This document shows, one piece after another, positions 27,833 to 37,735 of a stretch of DNA of 52,506 nucleotides. How positions within the stretch are numbered: the stretch's first letter is position 1; the number at the start of each line of letters is the position of its first letter. The translations under genes were made by a program, and so were the position numbers. Origin of the DNA: a virus (Duplodnaviria > Caudoviricetes); the IMG/VR virus record IMGVR_UViG_3300048988_000011, positions 1 through 52,506 of that record; one strand, 5' to 3'. The notes below the pieces were generated by a model that had not been told where the DNA came from, searched no databases, and saw nothing but the letters and a program-made list of their open reading frames with translations.

Positions 27833-28012
27833 ATGAGCAAGCCAAAAGAGAAGCTAGAACGTCTACAACAAAGGCTTGACTGCCTAAATGCACGGTTTGC
27901 AAGCTCGTCTATGTTAAGTTTTGAGGATGAGAGACGTGAGGCTTCTGCATTACGTTGGGCAATTACTCTACTAACAAATCTTATTAGTAAGAAGGATAAG
28001 AGAGATGCTTAA
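27833..28012 (+). CDS. Hypothetical protein (59 aa)
   Basis: Hand-translated MSKPKEKLERLQQRL...; fills gap between genes. Confidence 0.5.
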   Translation: MSKPKEKLERLQQRLDCLNARFASSSMLSFEDERREASALRWAITLLTNLISKKDKRDA

Positions 28013-28265
28013 ATATCGTGCTAATTGTCAAAACTGTATTGACAATATTATGCATATCCACATCAAGGATGAGATTCCTACTATCTACATAACACTATCA
28101 GGTGGAGTAGTAGCTCAACTATTATCTGATCTGCCAGCTAATGTCTTCATCATTGATGAAGATAATGGGAGAGCAGGTGAAGTTGAGATTGAGGAGTGTA
28201 ACTTGGTAGGAATTACCGAGTCTAACTGTGATATGTTAGAGGAGATGAGGAAAAAATGTCAGTAA
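28005..28265 (+). CDS. Hypothetical protein
   Basis: 'ITLSGGVV......NVFIIDEDN' pattern seen in small phage proteins. Confidence 0.55.
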   Translation: MLKYRANCQNCIDNIMHIHIKDEIPTIYITLSGGVVAQLLSDLPANVFIIDEDNGRAGEVEIEECNLVGITESNCDMLEEMRKKCQ

Positions 28266-28477
28266 TGAGTACCCAAAAGAGAAAGTTATCTAATGTTAGA
28301 ATGCTTAAGTCAAAGGGCATTCCTATTAACTCTTCTCTTAACCATTTACGACGCATTCAGAATATTAGAGCTAAGCAAGCTATTAATTTAGCTAATCATC
28401 TTAGTGCTAATACTGTTGCTGAGGAGATTGAGAATAAGAATGAGTCAGACTCAACAACAACAACAGGATCAGAGTAA
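28256..28477 (+). CDS. Hypothetical basic protein
   Basis: 73 aa ORF. Confidence 0.45.
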   Translation: MSVMSTQKRKLSNVRMLKSKGIPINSSLNHLRRIQNIRAKQAINLANHLSANTVAEEIENKNESDSTTTTGSE

Positions 28478-28618
28478 AAAGCCTATGGAGGGTTTTGGAC
28501 GCTTTGAAAGCTTAATCAACTAGCTAGAGAGCTATGTAGAAAATTCACTCCAAATCGTGTCTTGAATAATCCTCACATCAAGAGTATGATGATGCCCCAT
28601 TTTCTAACTCTTTGAGAA

Positions 28619-28743
28619 AGAGAAGTTTACGCCTTAGTAGAGCCTGAACCTCAAGTATAGTCTATGAGCATTCTAGAGCGAGGGATTCTTGTACTACTAA
28701 CAGCTAATACCTGTAGTAGTTCTACTAAGGCGTAAGCCTCTCT
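28619..28743 (+). other. Long RNA stem with branched loop
   Basis: gtttacgccttagtagagc / gttctactaaggcgtaagc (19 bp, 2 G-U). Confidence 0.75.
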
Positions 28744-28807
28744 TCTATCTAACAATTAGCAGTAGAGGCTAATTCTGAGAAGAAAGAGAAAGAGAGGGAT
28801 AAACCAA

Positions 28808-30346
28808 ATGATTGAATTTACTAACGTAATGATTGATCCTAAGCTTGCTGCTAACCTCTCATCTCTTAGTAATAATGAAGAGAAAGAGAAAGAAGAAGAG
28901 AAGCAAAAGATAATTCCGATTAGCTCTCTACCTTCTTTAATAGGTCAGCCATTAAAGGTATTGATTCCTGATAACTATATTACTCCAACAGGGGTTAAGG
29001 AGATTAGGAATTATATACTGCGTAGTTATTGTACTGATCGTTACTATCTTGATCTGATCAAACTCCCAGAAGAATCTACAGAGGATTTCGTCTGGGTGTG
29101 GTTAGATCCTAAGCATGGTACGCTACCAAAAAGGATGCGTAGATGGCTAAAGAAGAGGATTAAAGCTGATCCTGATCCTGCTATCTTAGCAGAGATAGGG
29201 AATATTGCTAGACGGAATTCTGAATCTGCTCAAGAATACTATTTTGAGATAACAGATGAGATAGAATGGTCTAGCACTGAGTTCGGACAAGCCTCTAATG
29301 GTAGCTGTTGGTGGACTAGCGGGAGTAATGGAGAATATAGCGGTCCTAGTCCTAATAGCTATTGTAGAAACTTCTTAGCTGAAGGAGGACTAGCAGTTAA
29401 GTTCTTCAAATCTCACGAAGATAGAACTAATAGTAATGGAATAGGTAGAATGTGGATTATGATTAATCCTACTAATGCCTTCTACGGCACTGATGCTAAT
29501 AACTGGGCAGTTCTATTCAACGGCTATTGGGAAGGACAAGGTGCCACTCTTAAGCTTAGCAGAATATTAGCTACTTATCTTGGGTTAGGGTATCTTAAGA
29601 TATTAGTTGAGCCGGGGCAGAGATTCTACATTAATAAAGATGCGGGGTATTTGCTAGGTGAGCAGAGCTTGATACAGAAGCTACATGCTAAGATTGCTGC
29701 TGTTAGTGATGAGATTGCTAGCATTAACATCCCTAGAGTAATTCCTATGGAGTTCTGTAATATCTGTAGTAGCTCTAAGGAGAAAGCTTCTTTCCAAGAG
29801 ATACTAGATAATACTAGAAGCTCTATAAGAATGTGTGAAGGATGCTTTGTTGATTTATGTGTTCGGTGTACTAACTGCGCTGATAAATTTGATAAGCGTT
29901 CAGTAATGCTAACAACTGTCTATAATGTTGACAGACTTAATAGAGCTTCGCAGTACTGTGATCAATGCCTTACTCGATATGCTGCAATTTGTGCAGGACC
30001 TTGTGGTAGGACTATAATTGCTAGTAACTACTACAATAGTAGCATCGAAGATAGAAAAGTATGCAAAGATTGCAGTCCTAAAATTCCTAGATGCAAATCT
30101 GATTACTGTAGAAGAAGAACTCTACAAGTAGATGCTATGGGAGATAGCTACTGTAATAACTGTCAAGATGAATTTGAGAGAGAGATCCAACTACCTGAGA
30201 TTGACCTTTTGACTGATAACTTTGTCGTTTCAATAGTAGAACATAATCCTTGGAATGAAGATAATGGTTATCGTGCAGCAGACCCATATGGGGGGTGTCA
30301 ATGTTCTGTCTGTAGGAATGATAGGATAAGTAAGCTATGGGGATAA
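28808..30346 (+). CDS. Hypothetical protein with C-terminal CxxC repeats
   Basis: 512 aa; 'SCW', 'IGRMWI', 'YIN' motifs and many CxxC. Confidence 0.75.
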   Translation: MIEFTNVMIDPKLAANLSSLSNNEEKEKEEEKQKIIPISSLPSLIGQPLKVLIPDNYITPTGVKEIRNYILRSYCTDRYYLDLIKLPEESTEDFVWVWLDPKHGTLPKRMRRWLKKRIKADPDPAILAEIGNIARRNSESAQEYYFEITDEIEWSSTEFGQASNGSCWWTSGSNGEYSGPSPNSYCRNFLAEGGLAVKFFKSHEDRTNSNGIGRMWIMINPTNAFYGTDANNWAVLFNGYWEGQGATLKLSRILATYLGLGYLKILVEPGQRFYINKDAGYLLGEQSLIQKLHAKIAAVSDEIASINIPRVIPMEFCNICSSSKEKASFQEILDNTRSSIRMCEGCFVDLCVRCTNCADKFDKRSVMLTTVYNVDRLNRASQYCDQCLTRYAAICAGPCGRTIIASNYYNSSIEDRKVCKDCSPKIPRCKSDYCRRRTLQVDAMGDSYCNNCQDEFEREIQLPEIDLLTDNFVVSIVEHNPWNEDNGYRAADPYGGCQCSVCRNDRISKLWG

Positions 30347-30438
30347 GAGATTTAATCTTTAGGTAGATCCTTTCTAAGCAAGAGAAGTAACAGTAATATG
30401 GTAAGAAGAGAAAAAGAGAAAGAAGGAACCAAATAAAA

Positions 30439-31923
30439 ATGATTAACATGAATGAAAAGCTTAACCAGCTACTACAACATCATTCAGCAAGGAAAGATCT
30501 TCCTGCTCTTGATCTAACAGGTAGCAAGAAGCATGATCTTACTAAAGCTTCCTTCGATCTTGAAGTGCTTAGGACGATCTGCACTATCTCAATAGATGAC
30601 TTTGATGTATTAGGGCAGAGATTAAACACTAAGGATGGGAGCTTTATCTATATCTATGGCGGGCCTGATGCTAAGATATTAGCAGTAGCTCATCGTGATA
30701 CAGTATGTAAAGCTGGCTTCTTCAAGTATGATGCAAGGAATCATCGCGTCTATACTCCTACCTTAGATGATAGATTAGGTTGCTGCATTGTGCTAGACAC
30801 TCTGCGTAGAGTATTACCAGAAGGAAGCTATGATATTCTCTTAACAGAAGGAGAAGAAACTGGCAGAAGTACTGCTAAGCATTTCATCCCACCTGTTGAT
30901 AGAGAATATAACTGGATGTTCCAGTTTGATCGCGGAGGTGTTGATGCTGTTCACTATCAATATACTGATAGGGATTGGCTTGATGCTTTGAAGAACGATA
31001 AGACTGGACTTGGTTGTGATATTGCAGCGGGGATGATGAGTGATATCTGCTATTTAGAGAGATTGGGAGTATGTGGTGTTAACGTGGGGACTGCTTATTA
31101 TAAATATCATTCAATTAATGCTTTTGCTGATCTTAGAGAAGCAGAAATGATGATAGATAGATTTGCTCAGTTCTTTGTTGAATACTATATGACTAAGTTT
31201 GAGCATGATGAGAAGAGCTATGGGAAGTATGGTAGGAAGCAGCAATATAGTGGCAGCTATAATACTATAGGCTATCTAGGTGCAGTAGGTGCCGCTAATC
31301 AATCACTATTAGGAACAGGCCAGGATCTAGTTGTAGAACTAGATGGGGATGAGATTGAAGATGGCTATGATGAGGATGAGGATAGCGATAGACTAGCATT
31401 TCTTAATGCTGAGATATCTGCTATTAGGCAGCAGCAATATCAAGAAACTGTTCCTATGCGCCCTAAGGGCCACCTACCTGCCTGTAGCTGTCCTCCTTGC
31501 GTTAACGTTAAGAGATATGATGCCTCAGTAATAGCAGAACGTCATGCTTTCATCTACTATGATGGATGTATGTGTGCTAGCTGTAGAGATCATAAACTGT
31601 ATAAGACTAAGGCTTTTACAGACTGGTCTAGGGGAGGAATAGTTGTAGGAGATAAAAGGCAGGGAGGAGGTGAGACTTCTACTTCTAATAATAACAGAAA
31701 TAGCAAGTCTGAGCACTTTCCTTTATCGACTACTAAAAAAAGTCGTAAGCAGATAAGAAAAGAGAAGAGAAACCAACAACTAAGAGAGAATGGAACTCAT
31801 ATCCCTAGAATGGCTTGGAATTGTACTAGATGTAATAAACCTAGTAATATTCTAATTTGGACTCAGGGTGAAAAGTTATGTGATGAGTGTAATGCTAAGA
31901 AGAACTCTTTGTTGTTGGCGTAA
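30439..31923 (+). CDS. Zn-dependent exopeptidase (M20/M28-like) with Cys-rich tail
   Basis: 'AHRDTV', 'LDDRLG', 'EGEETG', 'FDR', 'YYKYHS' metal-ligand motifs. Confidence 0.75.
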   Translation: MINMNEKLNQLLQHHSARKDLPALDLTGSKKHDLTKASFDLEVLRTICTISIDDFDVLGQRLNTKDGSFIYIYGGPDAKILAVAHRDTVCKAGFFKYDARNHRVYTPTLDDRLGCCIVLDTLRRVLPEGSYDILLTEGEETGRSTAKHFIPPVDREYNWMFQFDRGGVDAVHYQYTDRDWLDALKNDKTGLGCDIAAGMMSDICYLERLGVCGVNVGTAYYKYHSINAFADLREAEMMIDRFAQFFVEYYMTKFEHDEKSYGKYGRKQQYSGSYNTIGYLGAVGAANQSLLGTGQDLVVELDGDEIEDGYDEDEDSDRLAFLNAEISAIRQQQYQETVPMRPKGHLPACSCPPCVNVKRYDASVIAERHAFIYYDGCMCASCRDHKLYKTKAFTDWSRGGIVVGDKRQGGGETSTSNNNRNSKSEHFPLSTTKKSRKQIRKEKRNQQLRENGTHIPRMAWNCTRCNKPSNILIWTQGEKLCDECNAKKNSLLLA

Positions 31924-31962
31924 GTTTCGGGAGTTGACTAGTTAATAACTAATTCCTGATAT

Positions 31963-32045
31963 GACTCCTTCGTCTAAAATAAAGGACTAGGACACCCTAC
32001 TTCTCTGTAGGGAGATATCTCGTTCGACCCGGATAGGAGTTGCCA
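31963..32045 (+). tRNA. tRNA-Glu-like gene with non-canonical 8-nt anticodon loop
   Basis: Acceptor GACTCCT/AGGAGTT + GCCA; D arm GTCT..GGAC; CCCTA-CTTCTCTG-TAGGG; GTTCGA T loop with bulged T stem. Confidence 0.75.
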
Positions 32046-32094
32046 TGAGGGATTAACTAATATTAGGGTAGAGAAAGGAAGGAAAGAGATAGTA

Positions 32095-32316
32095 ATGACC
32101 AATGCTGAGATTATTCAATCCTTAGCAGCAATGCGATTATTCGCTGCTAACCAACAATGGTCAGTAGATGCCGGAACAGACAATACCGGATGGTCAATAT
32201 GCTCTGAATGTAATGCTCCTAATTGGTTAGGGCATAAAGATGGATGTATTGTACCTGGGATATTTGTTAAGTTCGATTCAGCAGTAGCGGCTATTAAAGA
32301 GGTAATGGCTGAATGA
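32095..32316 (+). CDS. Small Zn-finger protein
   Basis: CSEC...GHKDGC. Confidence 0.6.
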   Translation: MTNAEIIQSLAAMRLFAANQQWSVDAGTDNTGWSICSECNAPNWLGHKDGCIVPGIFVKFDSAVAAIKEVMAE

Positions 32317-32476
32317 GCTTCCAGCAACAAATCCAACAGCAATCATCTAAGTTAATAGATTATATAACTTACATCATTGTTGTTATCATAGCGTTATTCT
32401 TTTCGATAAGAGCTATTTTACTGTTGAGAAAAGGGGAATGAAACAGAAAAAAGAGAAAGGAGGTGATTAACGTAAA

Positions 32477-32929
32477 ATGCCATATTATCTACTACAGATA
32501 AAAGATGCATTAGGCCCTAGGCCTACTGTTTTCATCCACTCTTCTACTAACATAACTAGGAGAGAGGGGCAGGCTTCCTCTATCTATAATAATCTGCTAA
32601 GAAAGCAGGTTAGAGATTTTGGGAAGTTTGATCCTGCTAAGGATTTACTACTACCTGTTGACTATAATACTAGTACTGAGAGGGGATTGCATAGTTTTGG
32701 ATTCGCTGTTGATGGACTAGTAGAAGAGGTTGAGGAAGTAGTGGGAGCAACAGCAGGAGGAGGGGAAGATGAGAACGGAGAGGATACTACTATAGGAGAA
32801 GAGATATTAACAGTAATATGTGGCTTTCCACATACTGGTAGACCTTACGGTATGTTCTCATATAGAAATGATGATGGAGATGCTGTATATAATTGCGGAG
32901 AATGTGGTGCAGCATACACATTACAGTAA
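32477..32929 (+). CDS. Hypothetical protein
   Basis: 150 aa, AAGGAGGT SD, C-terminal CGECG. Confidence 0.65.
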   Translation: MPYYLLQIKDALGPRPTVFIHSSTNITRREGQASSIYNNLLRKQVRDFGKFDPAKDLLLPVDYNTSTERGLHSFGFAVDGLVEEVEEVVGATAGGGEDENGEDTTIGEEILTVICGFPHTGRPYGMFSYRNDDGDAVYNCGECGAAYTLQ

Positions 32930-32970
32930 CATTAACCACAGTTAGTTTAGGATAAAGGAGATCAGAGAAA

Positions 32971-33750
32971 ATGGTAACAAAGAAGAAACCAACAACTACA
33001 ATCAAAGCTAAAGCTACTAAGGTAGCTAAGAAAGCTGTCAAAAAGGCAGTTAAAAAAGCTGTGAAGAAAGTAGTAGCAAAAAAGGTAGCCGCAAAGAAGG
33101 CAGTTCGTGCTGTTACTAGCAAAGCCAAAGCCTCTACTCGTGCCAGTAAAGCACCAAGTAGGTCTAGTGCTACGTCTAGTTCTACCGCTCGTACTCGTCC
33201 ATCTCGCAGTAAGTCTACCTCTTCTGCTACTGCTGCTGCTACTGCTACTGCTACTAAGCAGCAACAGATAGAAGGAACTCCCTCTACTTTCTACAAAGTA
33301 TTAGCTGTTCGTAAAGCTAGTTCAAGTCCAAGAAGTAAGAAAACTATCTTTACTTCTATTTTCGCTAAGGGCAATCTACGCGGAGTGTTCTCTGATAAAG
33401 AGTTCACCAACCAAGTAGACCCTTCCCTACCTTTTACTGCTTTTGATTCTATCTATAATGCTGAGAGATTCATAGCAAAGAATCTTAGCCATCAGAAAGC
33501 AACTTGGGTTATCACTCAAGGGATTGGTGTTCCTTCTTATTCTGCTGCAAGAAATTGCATGGGGATTAGAAAGGGAGTTATGAGTAGCTTAGCTAAGCTT
33601 TCAGGGCAGAAGCTAGTAGCTGCTGTTATGAATCAGATTGAGCAAAGTCGGGGTCGTAGGAGAGGGGGGAAGTTGGTCTGGAGTAAAGGGACCAAGTTCG
33701 TGCAGAACTTTAAGATCACTTCAATCGTGAGAGAATATCCTGTTCAGTAA
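32971..33750 (+). CDS. Histone H1-like basic protein
   Basis: KKAVKKAVKKAVKK repeats at N-terminus. Confidence 0.7.
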   Translation: MVTKKKPTTTIKAKATKVAKKAVKKAVKKAVKKVVAKKVAAKKAVRAVTSKAKASTRASKAPSRSSATSSSTARTRPSRSKSTSSATAAATATATKQQQIEGTPSTFYKVLAVRKASSSPRSKKTIFTSIFAKGNLRGVFSDKEFTNQVDPSLPFTAFDSIYNAERFIAKNLSHQKATWVITQGIGVPSYSAARNCMGIRKGVMSSLAKLSGQKLVAAVMNQIEQSRGRRRGGKLVWSKGTKFVQNFKITSIVREYPVQ

Positions 33751-33779
33751 TAACAAAAGGGAAGAAGAGTTAACAGGAG

Positions 33780-33981
33780 AAGGCACATACAATACTAAAC
33801 TACTACTTCTTATAGCAGCACAAAGCTAATCTCGATTGTATATATTATATAGAATATAGAAGAGATTAACTGACACAGAAGATAAAAGTGAAAGCACAAC
33901 ACTGGAAAGAACGAGCAAGCAGGGCAAGATAAGAGATTATCTGTAAGTCTATAGAAATAGTAATAGTAAAGTATGTGCCTT
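33780..33981 (+). other. Long stem with about 130-nt non-coding loop
   Basis: aaggcacatac / gtatgtgcctt plus adjacent imperfect pairing. Confidence 0.55.
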
Positions 33982-34032
33982 AGCAAGTTAACTGTCATTA
34001 GCATAAGGAGAAAAGGAAAGGAAGGAGGTTAG

Positions 34033-34392
34033 ATGCCATCTACTACTAGTATCCTGCTATTTAAAAGGCAGAAGATTAAGATCATCGGTAGCGATGAAAG
34101 CATTAAAGAGATAGAGGCCTCAGTGCTTGGTCCTTTTGCTATCCACCTTGATACTTACTTCACATTAAGTGACGGTAAATGTGTCATCACGCATATTAAG
34201 ACAGGCAGAAAAGTTATTAGCTCTATTAACAGCATACTAATAGCTAAGAGAATAGTACGTGAATTGCTAGAACATTATGATCTATGCTGGAACTTTGGTG
34301 AGTTTGGGTCTAGTATGCAGGATAAGCCTGATAATTGGAGCCAGCTTGCTTCAGCAGTTGGTGATCTTAGGAGAAAGTATTCTGTTAGATAA
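34033..34392 (+). CDS. Hypothetical protein
   Basis: 'FAIH....ITHIKTG' motif common in phage proteins. Confidence 0.65.
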   Translation: MPSTTSILLFKRQKIKIIGSDESIKEIEASVLGPFAIHLDTYFTLSDGKCVITHIKTGRKVISSINSILIAKRIVRELLEHYDLCWNFGEFGSSMQDKPDNWSQLASAVGDLRRKYSVR

Positions 34393-34440
34393 GTAAACTA
34401 AAGAAGAAAGAGAGAAAGAGAAGAGGAAGGAGAACAAAAT

Positions 34441-35496
34441 ATGCATAATATTGCCGTTATAAACGGACGTGAAGCAATGAGCTACTCCGGCATTCCACCC
34501 TGGCATGAGCTAGGAGCAGAGTTAACTAGAGTAGACTCGGTAGAGACTGCACTTGCTGAGGCTAATCTTGATTGGAATGTTAGTAAGCATCCTGTTTACC
34601 TAAGTGGTAATGAGCTTACTAATGATCCAGAGGGATTAGAGCCAAATGGTAGGTTCCTATTAGGAAATGAGATCAAAGACATAAAAGCAGTCGTAAGAGA
34701 TATCGACTCAGAGATCTTAGGCACAGTCGGCTCTCGATATCAACTAATTCAAAATGCAGAAGCATTTGCTCCTCTACAGTATGCTATAGATAACTATGGG
34801 GCTACTATAGAAACAGCGGGAGCACTAGGGAAGGGTGATAGGGTTTGGATGCTCTTAAAGTTAGCATCACATTCTCTAGAAGTATCTCCAGGAGATGTAA
34901 TAGAGCCTTACTTCTTAGTGTCAAACTCTCATACTAGAGAGCGATCTCAGACACTAACAGCAAGATTTACTCCTGTTAGAGTAGTATGTCAGAACACACT
35001 AGATGCTGCTACTTCTGCCTCTAGTGTAGCAGATATATCAATCCGTCATACAGCTAGTGCTCAAGGGAGATTAGCTGAGATAGAGAGATTAGTAGAATCT
35101 GTCTTAATTCAGCATACTTCTACGGTAGAAGTCTATCAACAGCTACAGCAACAGCCTATCTCTATTGTAGATATGGCTGAATTCTTACTAGAAGTATGGC
35201 CTGTGCCTGCTGATGATCAATTAGCTGAGATGCAGATATTAAGAGAAGACTATAAACCAACTGAGGAACATTATCGAAGGAATAGTCTTTTCTTATTCCA
35301 GAACGGTAATGGTCATGAGCTAGCGGGGAGTACTGCATTCGGTGCTTATCAAGCTATCACAGAATTAGTGGACCATGCTGCAGTAATGCGATTAGATGGT
35401 AAGAGAAAGACGCAGGGAAGTATGTCTGCATTGTTCGGAACTGGTGCTGTTACTAAGAAGAGGGCTTTAGAGATAGCAAGGCAGAGGTGGCTTTGA
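34441..35496 (+). CDS. DUF932 family protein
   Basis: 'PPWHELG', 'ANLDWNV', 'LGTVGSRYQLIQNAEAF', 'ETAGAL..G.RVW', 'TPVRVVCQNTL'. Confidence 0.85.
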   Translation: MHNIAVINGREAMSYSGIPPWHELGAELTRVDSVETALAEANLDWNVSKHPVYLSGNELTNDPEGLEPNGRFLLGNEIKDIKAVVRDIDSEILGTVGSRYQLIQNAEAFAPLQYAIDNYGATIETAGALGKGDRVWMLLKLASHSLEVSPGDVIEPYFLVSNSHTRERSQTLTARFTPVRVVCQNTLDAATSASSVADISIRHTASAQGRLAEIERLVESVLIQHTSTVEVYQQLQQQPISIVDMAEFLLEVWPVPADDQLAEMQILREDYKPTEEHYRRNSLFLFQNGNGHELAGSTAFGAYQAITELVDHAAVMRLDGKRKTQGSMSALFGTGAVTKKRALEIARQRWL

Positions 35497-35730
35497 TTAG
35501 CAGTAGGAAATCTGAGTGCCCTATCAGCATATTTCCTGCGCGGCAAATAATTCTTGATAAAAAGTTGAGGAAATGTTACAAAATAAAGAAGTCGCTGGAC
35601 TCGTCGGTTCAATGCTAGGCAGAGGCAAGCGCACTCTCCCAAACTTAAGGGAAGAGAGTCTCTGCCTAGTATCCTTCGTTATCCAGTCTTTCCTACTTAG
35701 TCCTAGTAAGGTAAGAGTCCAGGAGCTAAA

Positions 35731-37059
35731 ATGCCGTTATCTCTGCTTGCTCCATTAGAGCAATCATCTACGCTAGAGCTATCTACAGCCTCAGTAGTAC
35801 TTGAATCAGAGATTAACATTAATGAAGAACCTAACTCTAATACTACTAATAACTTATATAGCTCCCTTCTTCCTCGCACTCCTACGATATTCCCCCCAGT
35901 AGAGCATGAAATCCAACAGCTATGGGATGAGCTAGTAGCTAAGGTTAATCAGCATTATCATGGGATAGATACTGAAGCTATTAGGATAATAATGAGTGCC
36001 GCTGTTGCTCAGAGACAGAAGAGTGAAGTGCCTATCTGGATCTTCTGTTTAGGGCCGAGCGGTACGGGTAAGTCGCTGCTTAATGAAATCCTCTCTCCTC
36101 TACCTGAATATGTAATGCTTAACTCTATAACAGCTAATACATTACTAAGCGGAATGCCTAAAGCTAAAGGAGGAGAATCTCTCTTACTTAATATAGGCAA
36201 AGTAGGAGATCGTTCAGGACTATTAGTATTCCCAGACTTCTCAACTGTTATCTCTAAGAAAGCAGATATAGTACAATCAATAGCAGGTGATCTACGAGAG
36301 GTGTATGATGGTCATCTAGTAAAGCATACTGGAATGGGGAAGCCAATTACCTGGAATGGTAAAGTAACAATAATAGCTATGTGTACTCCTGATCTTGAAC
36401 GCCTATGGGGACCAATGAGAGGATTAGGAGAAAGATTCGTCCAAGTACGTTGGGGCAGAACAGATGGGATCGAGCAGGCTAAGATGGCTTATCAACAAAT
36501 AGGTAATGAGCAAGCTATTAAACGAGCTATAGCAGATAAAGCTAAAGACTTCTACGATAAACAAGGTGTTGTCTTTACCCAGCCTCTAGACCCAATAGAG
36601 CATGGCGTAGCTCATCTAGCTGAGATAACTGCGCTACTAAGAACAGCAGCAGCTAGGAACGATATGAATAAGCGGCTAGAAGATATGAGTGAACCAGAGG
36701 GGAATACTAGGTTCTTTAAAGCTATCGTGCAGATTGCTAGAGGCCATGCTGCTATCTTTAGAAGGAATATGATCCCGGAAGATTATAGGCTAGCTGCTAG
36801 AGTAGCTATTGACTCGATCCCAATGAATAGATTAATGGTGATAAGAGCTATCCCCGATGGATTTATAGATGATGGGATTGATCAACCTACTTTGTTAGCG
36901 AGAGTGAAAAAGCCTAAGACTACTGTTATGAGAGCTATTGAGGAATTAGAGATGCTAGGGGTGATTGAAGTAGATAGAGATAATGGGGATCATAATTGGT
37001 ATAAGTTAAGTGAGAAGTTTAGGAGGATGAAGGAGAGAGCTAAGCTATTATGGCATTAA
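35731..37059 (+). CDS. AAA+ (MCM-like) helicase with C-terminal winged helix
   Basis: Walker A GPSGTGKS, Walker B LLVFPDFS, 'LREVYDG', arginine finger 'GERF', C-terminal HTH. Confidence 0.7.
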   Translation: MPLSLLAPLEQSSTLELSTASVVLESEININEEPNSNTTNNLYSSLLPRTPTIFPPVEHEIQQLWDELVAKVNQHYHGIDTEAIRIIMSAAVAQRQKSEVPIWIFCLGPSGTGKSLLNEILSPLPEYVMLNSITANTLLSGMPKAKGGESLLLNIGKVGDRSGLLVFPDFSTVISKKADIVQSIAGDLREVYDGHLVKHTGMGKPITWNGKVTIIAMCTPDLERLWGPMRGLGERFVQVRWGRTDGIEQAKMAYQQIGNEQAIKRAIADKAKDFYDKQGVVFTQPLDPIEHGVAHLAEITALLRTAAARNDMNKRLEDMSEPEGNTRFFKAIVQIARGHAAIFRRNMIPEDYRLAARVAIDSIPMNRLMVIRAIPDGFIDDGIDQPTLLARVKKPKTTVMRAIEELEMLGVIEVDRDNGDHNWYKLSEKFRRMKERAKLLWH

Positions 37060-37289
37060 AGACTAAGAAGATTACTCTATCAATAGTTGTAACTATGAAT
37101 GAGGAGACTGAGCAGTACTATAAAGAGGATGAAGGTGAACTTCATACAGCATTAATAGAATCAAATGCTGCTACTCTAATTATGGAAGATTCAGTTGGTG
37201 AGTTATCGAAGGAGCATTGGGGAGCAGAAGAAGAAGGTAAGGAGGATTTACTAAATGAGCCTAGAAAGGCAAGCAGATTTAACTCTTAG
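37050..37289 (+). CDS. Hypothetical acidic protein
   Basis: 79 aa, coupled to neighbours. Confidence 0.55.
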   Translation: MALKTKKITLSIVVTMNEETEQYYKEDEGELHTALIESNAATLIMEDSVGELSKEHWGAEEEGKEDLLNEPRKASRFNS

Positions 37290-37548
37290 TAGAACTAAGC
37301 ATACCACTAAAGTTCAGATAGTATTAAGTGATGACCCAATACTAGATGTAGGACATAAGCCAGATGATACTCTCATAACTGCTCAGACGCTTGAGGGTGA
37401 AGATATAATCAGAAGCGTAACAGTTAATCTAGACTTTGAGCAGATAAGAGCACTCAGGTGGTGGTTAGAGAAGAGGATACTTAATATAAGGAATAGAGAA
37501 TATGAGTCAGCAAGAGCAGCAGCAAACAAGCCAGCAGCAACAGAGTAA
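37255..37548 (+). CDS. Hypothetical protein
   Basis: 97 aa, AGGAGG SD. Confidence 0.6.
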   Translation: MSLERQADLTLSRTKHTTKVQIVLSDDPILDVGHKPDDTLITAQTLEGEDIIRSVTVNLDFEQIRALRWWLEKRILNIRNREYESARAAANKPAATE

Positions 37549-37732
37549 AGCAGGCAAAATCTCCTATCGTTATCTCAAATTCCAAGCCCCAGGCTCTCCT
37601 CATATAATCCGCGCTACTGCTGCTGATGCACAGTTCATAGGCATGTATGAGACTAATGAGGAGGGGTTGCCTCAGCATAAGAGGGACTTTAGTTGTAAGG
37701 AGATTGAGAGATTAGGGGTTGAGATTGAATAG
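37502..37732 (+). CDS. Hypothetical protein
   Basis: 76 aa. Confidence 0.5.
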   Translation: MSQQEQQQTSQQQQSKAGKISYRYLKFQAPGSPHIIRATAADAQFIGMYETNEEGLPQHKRDFSCKEIERLGVEIE

Positions 37733-37735
37733 TTT

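Noticed and set aside
22334-28800. CRISPR or TIGR-type array
   Set aside because: No regularly spaced direct repeats; the repeats are inverted and mostly unique. The Cas4-like nuclease sits in a recombination module
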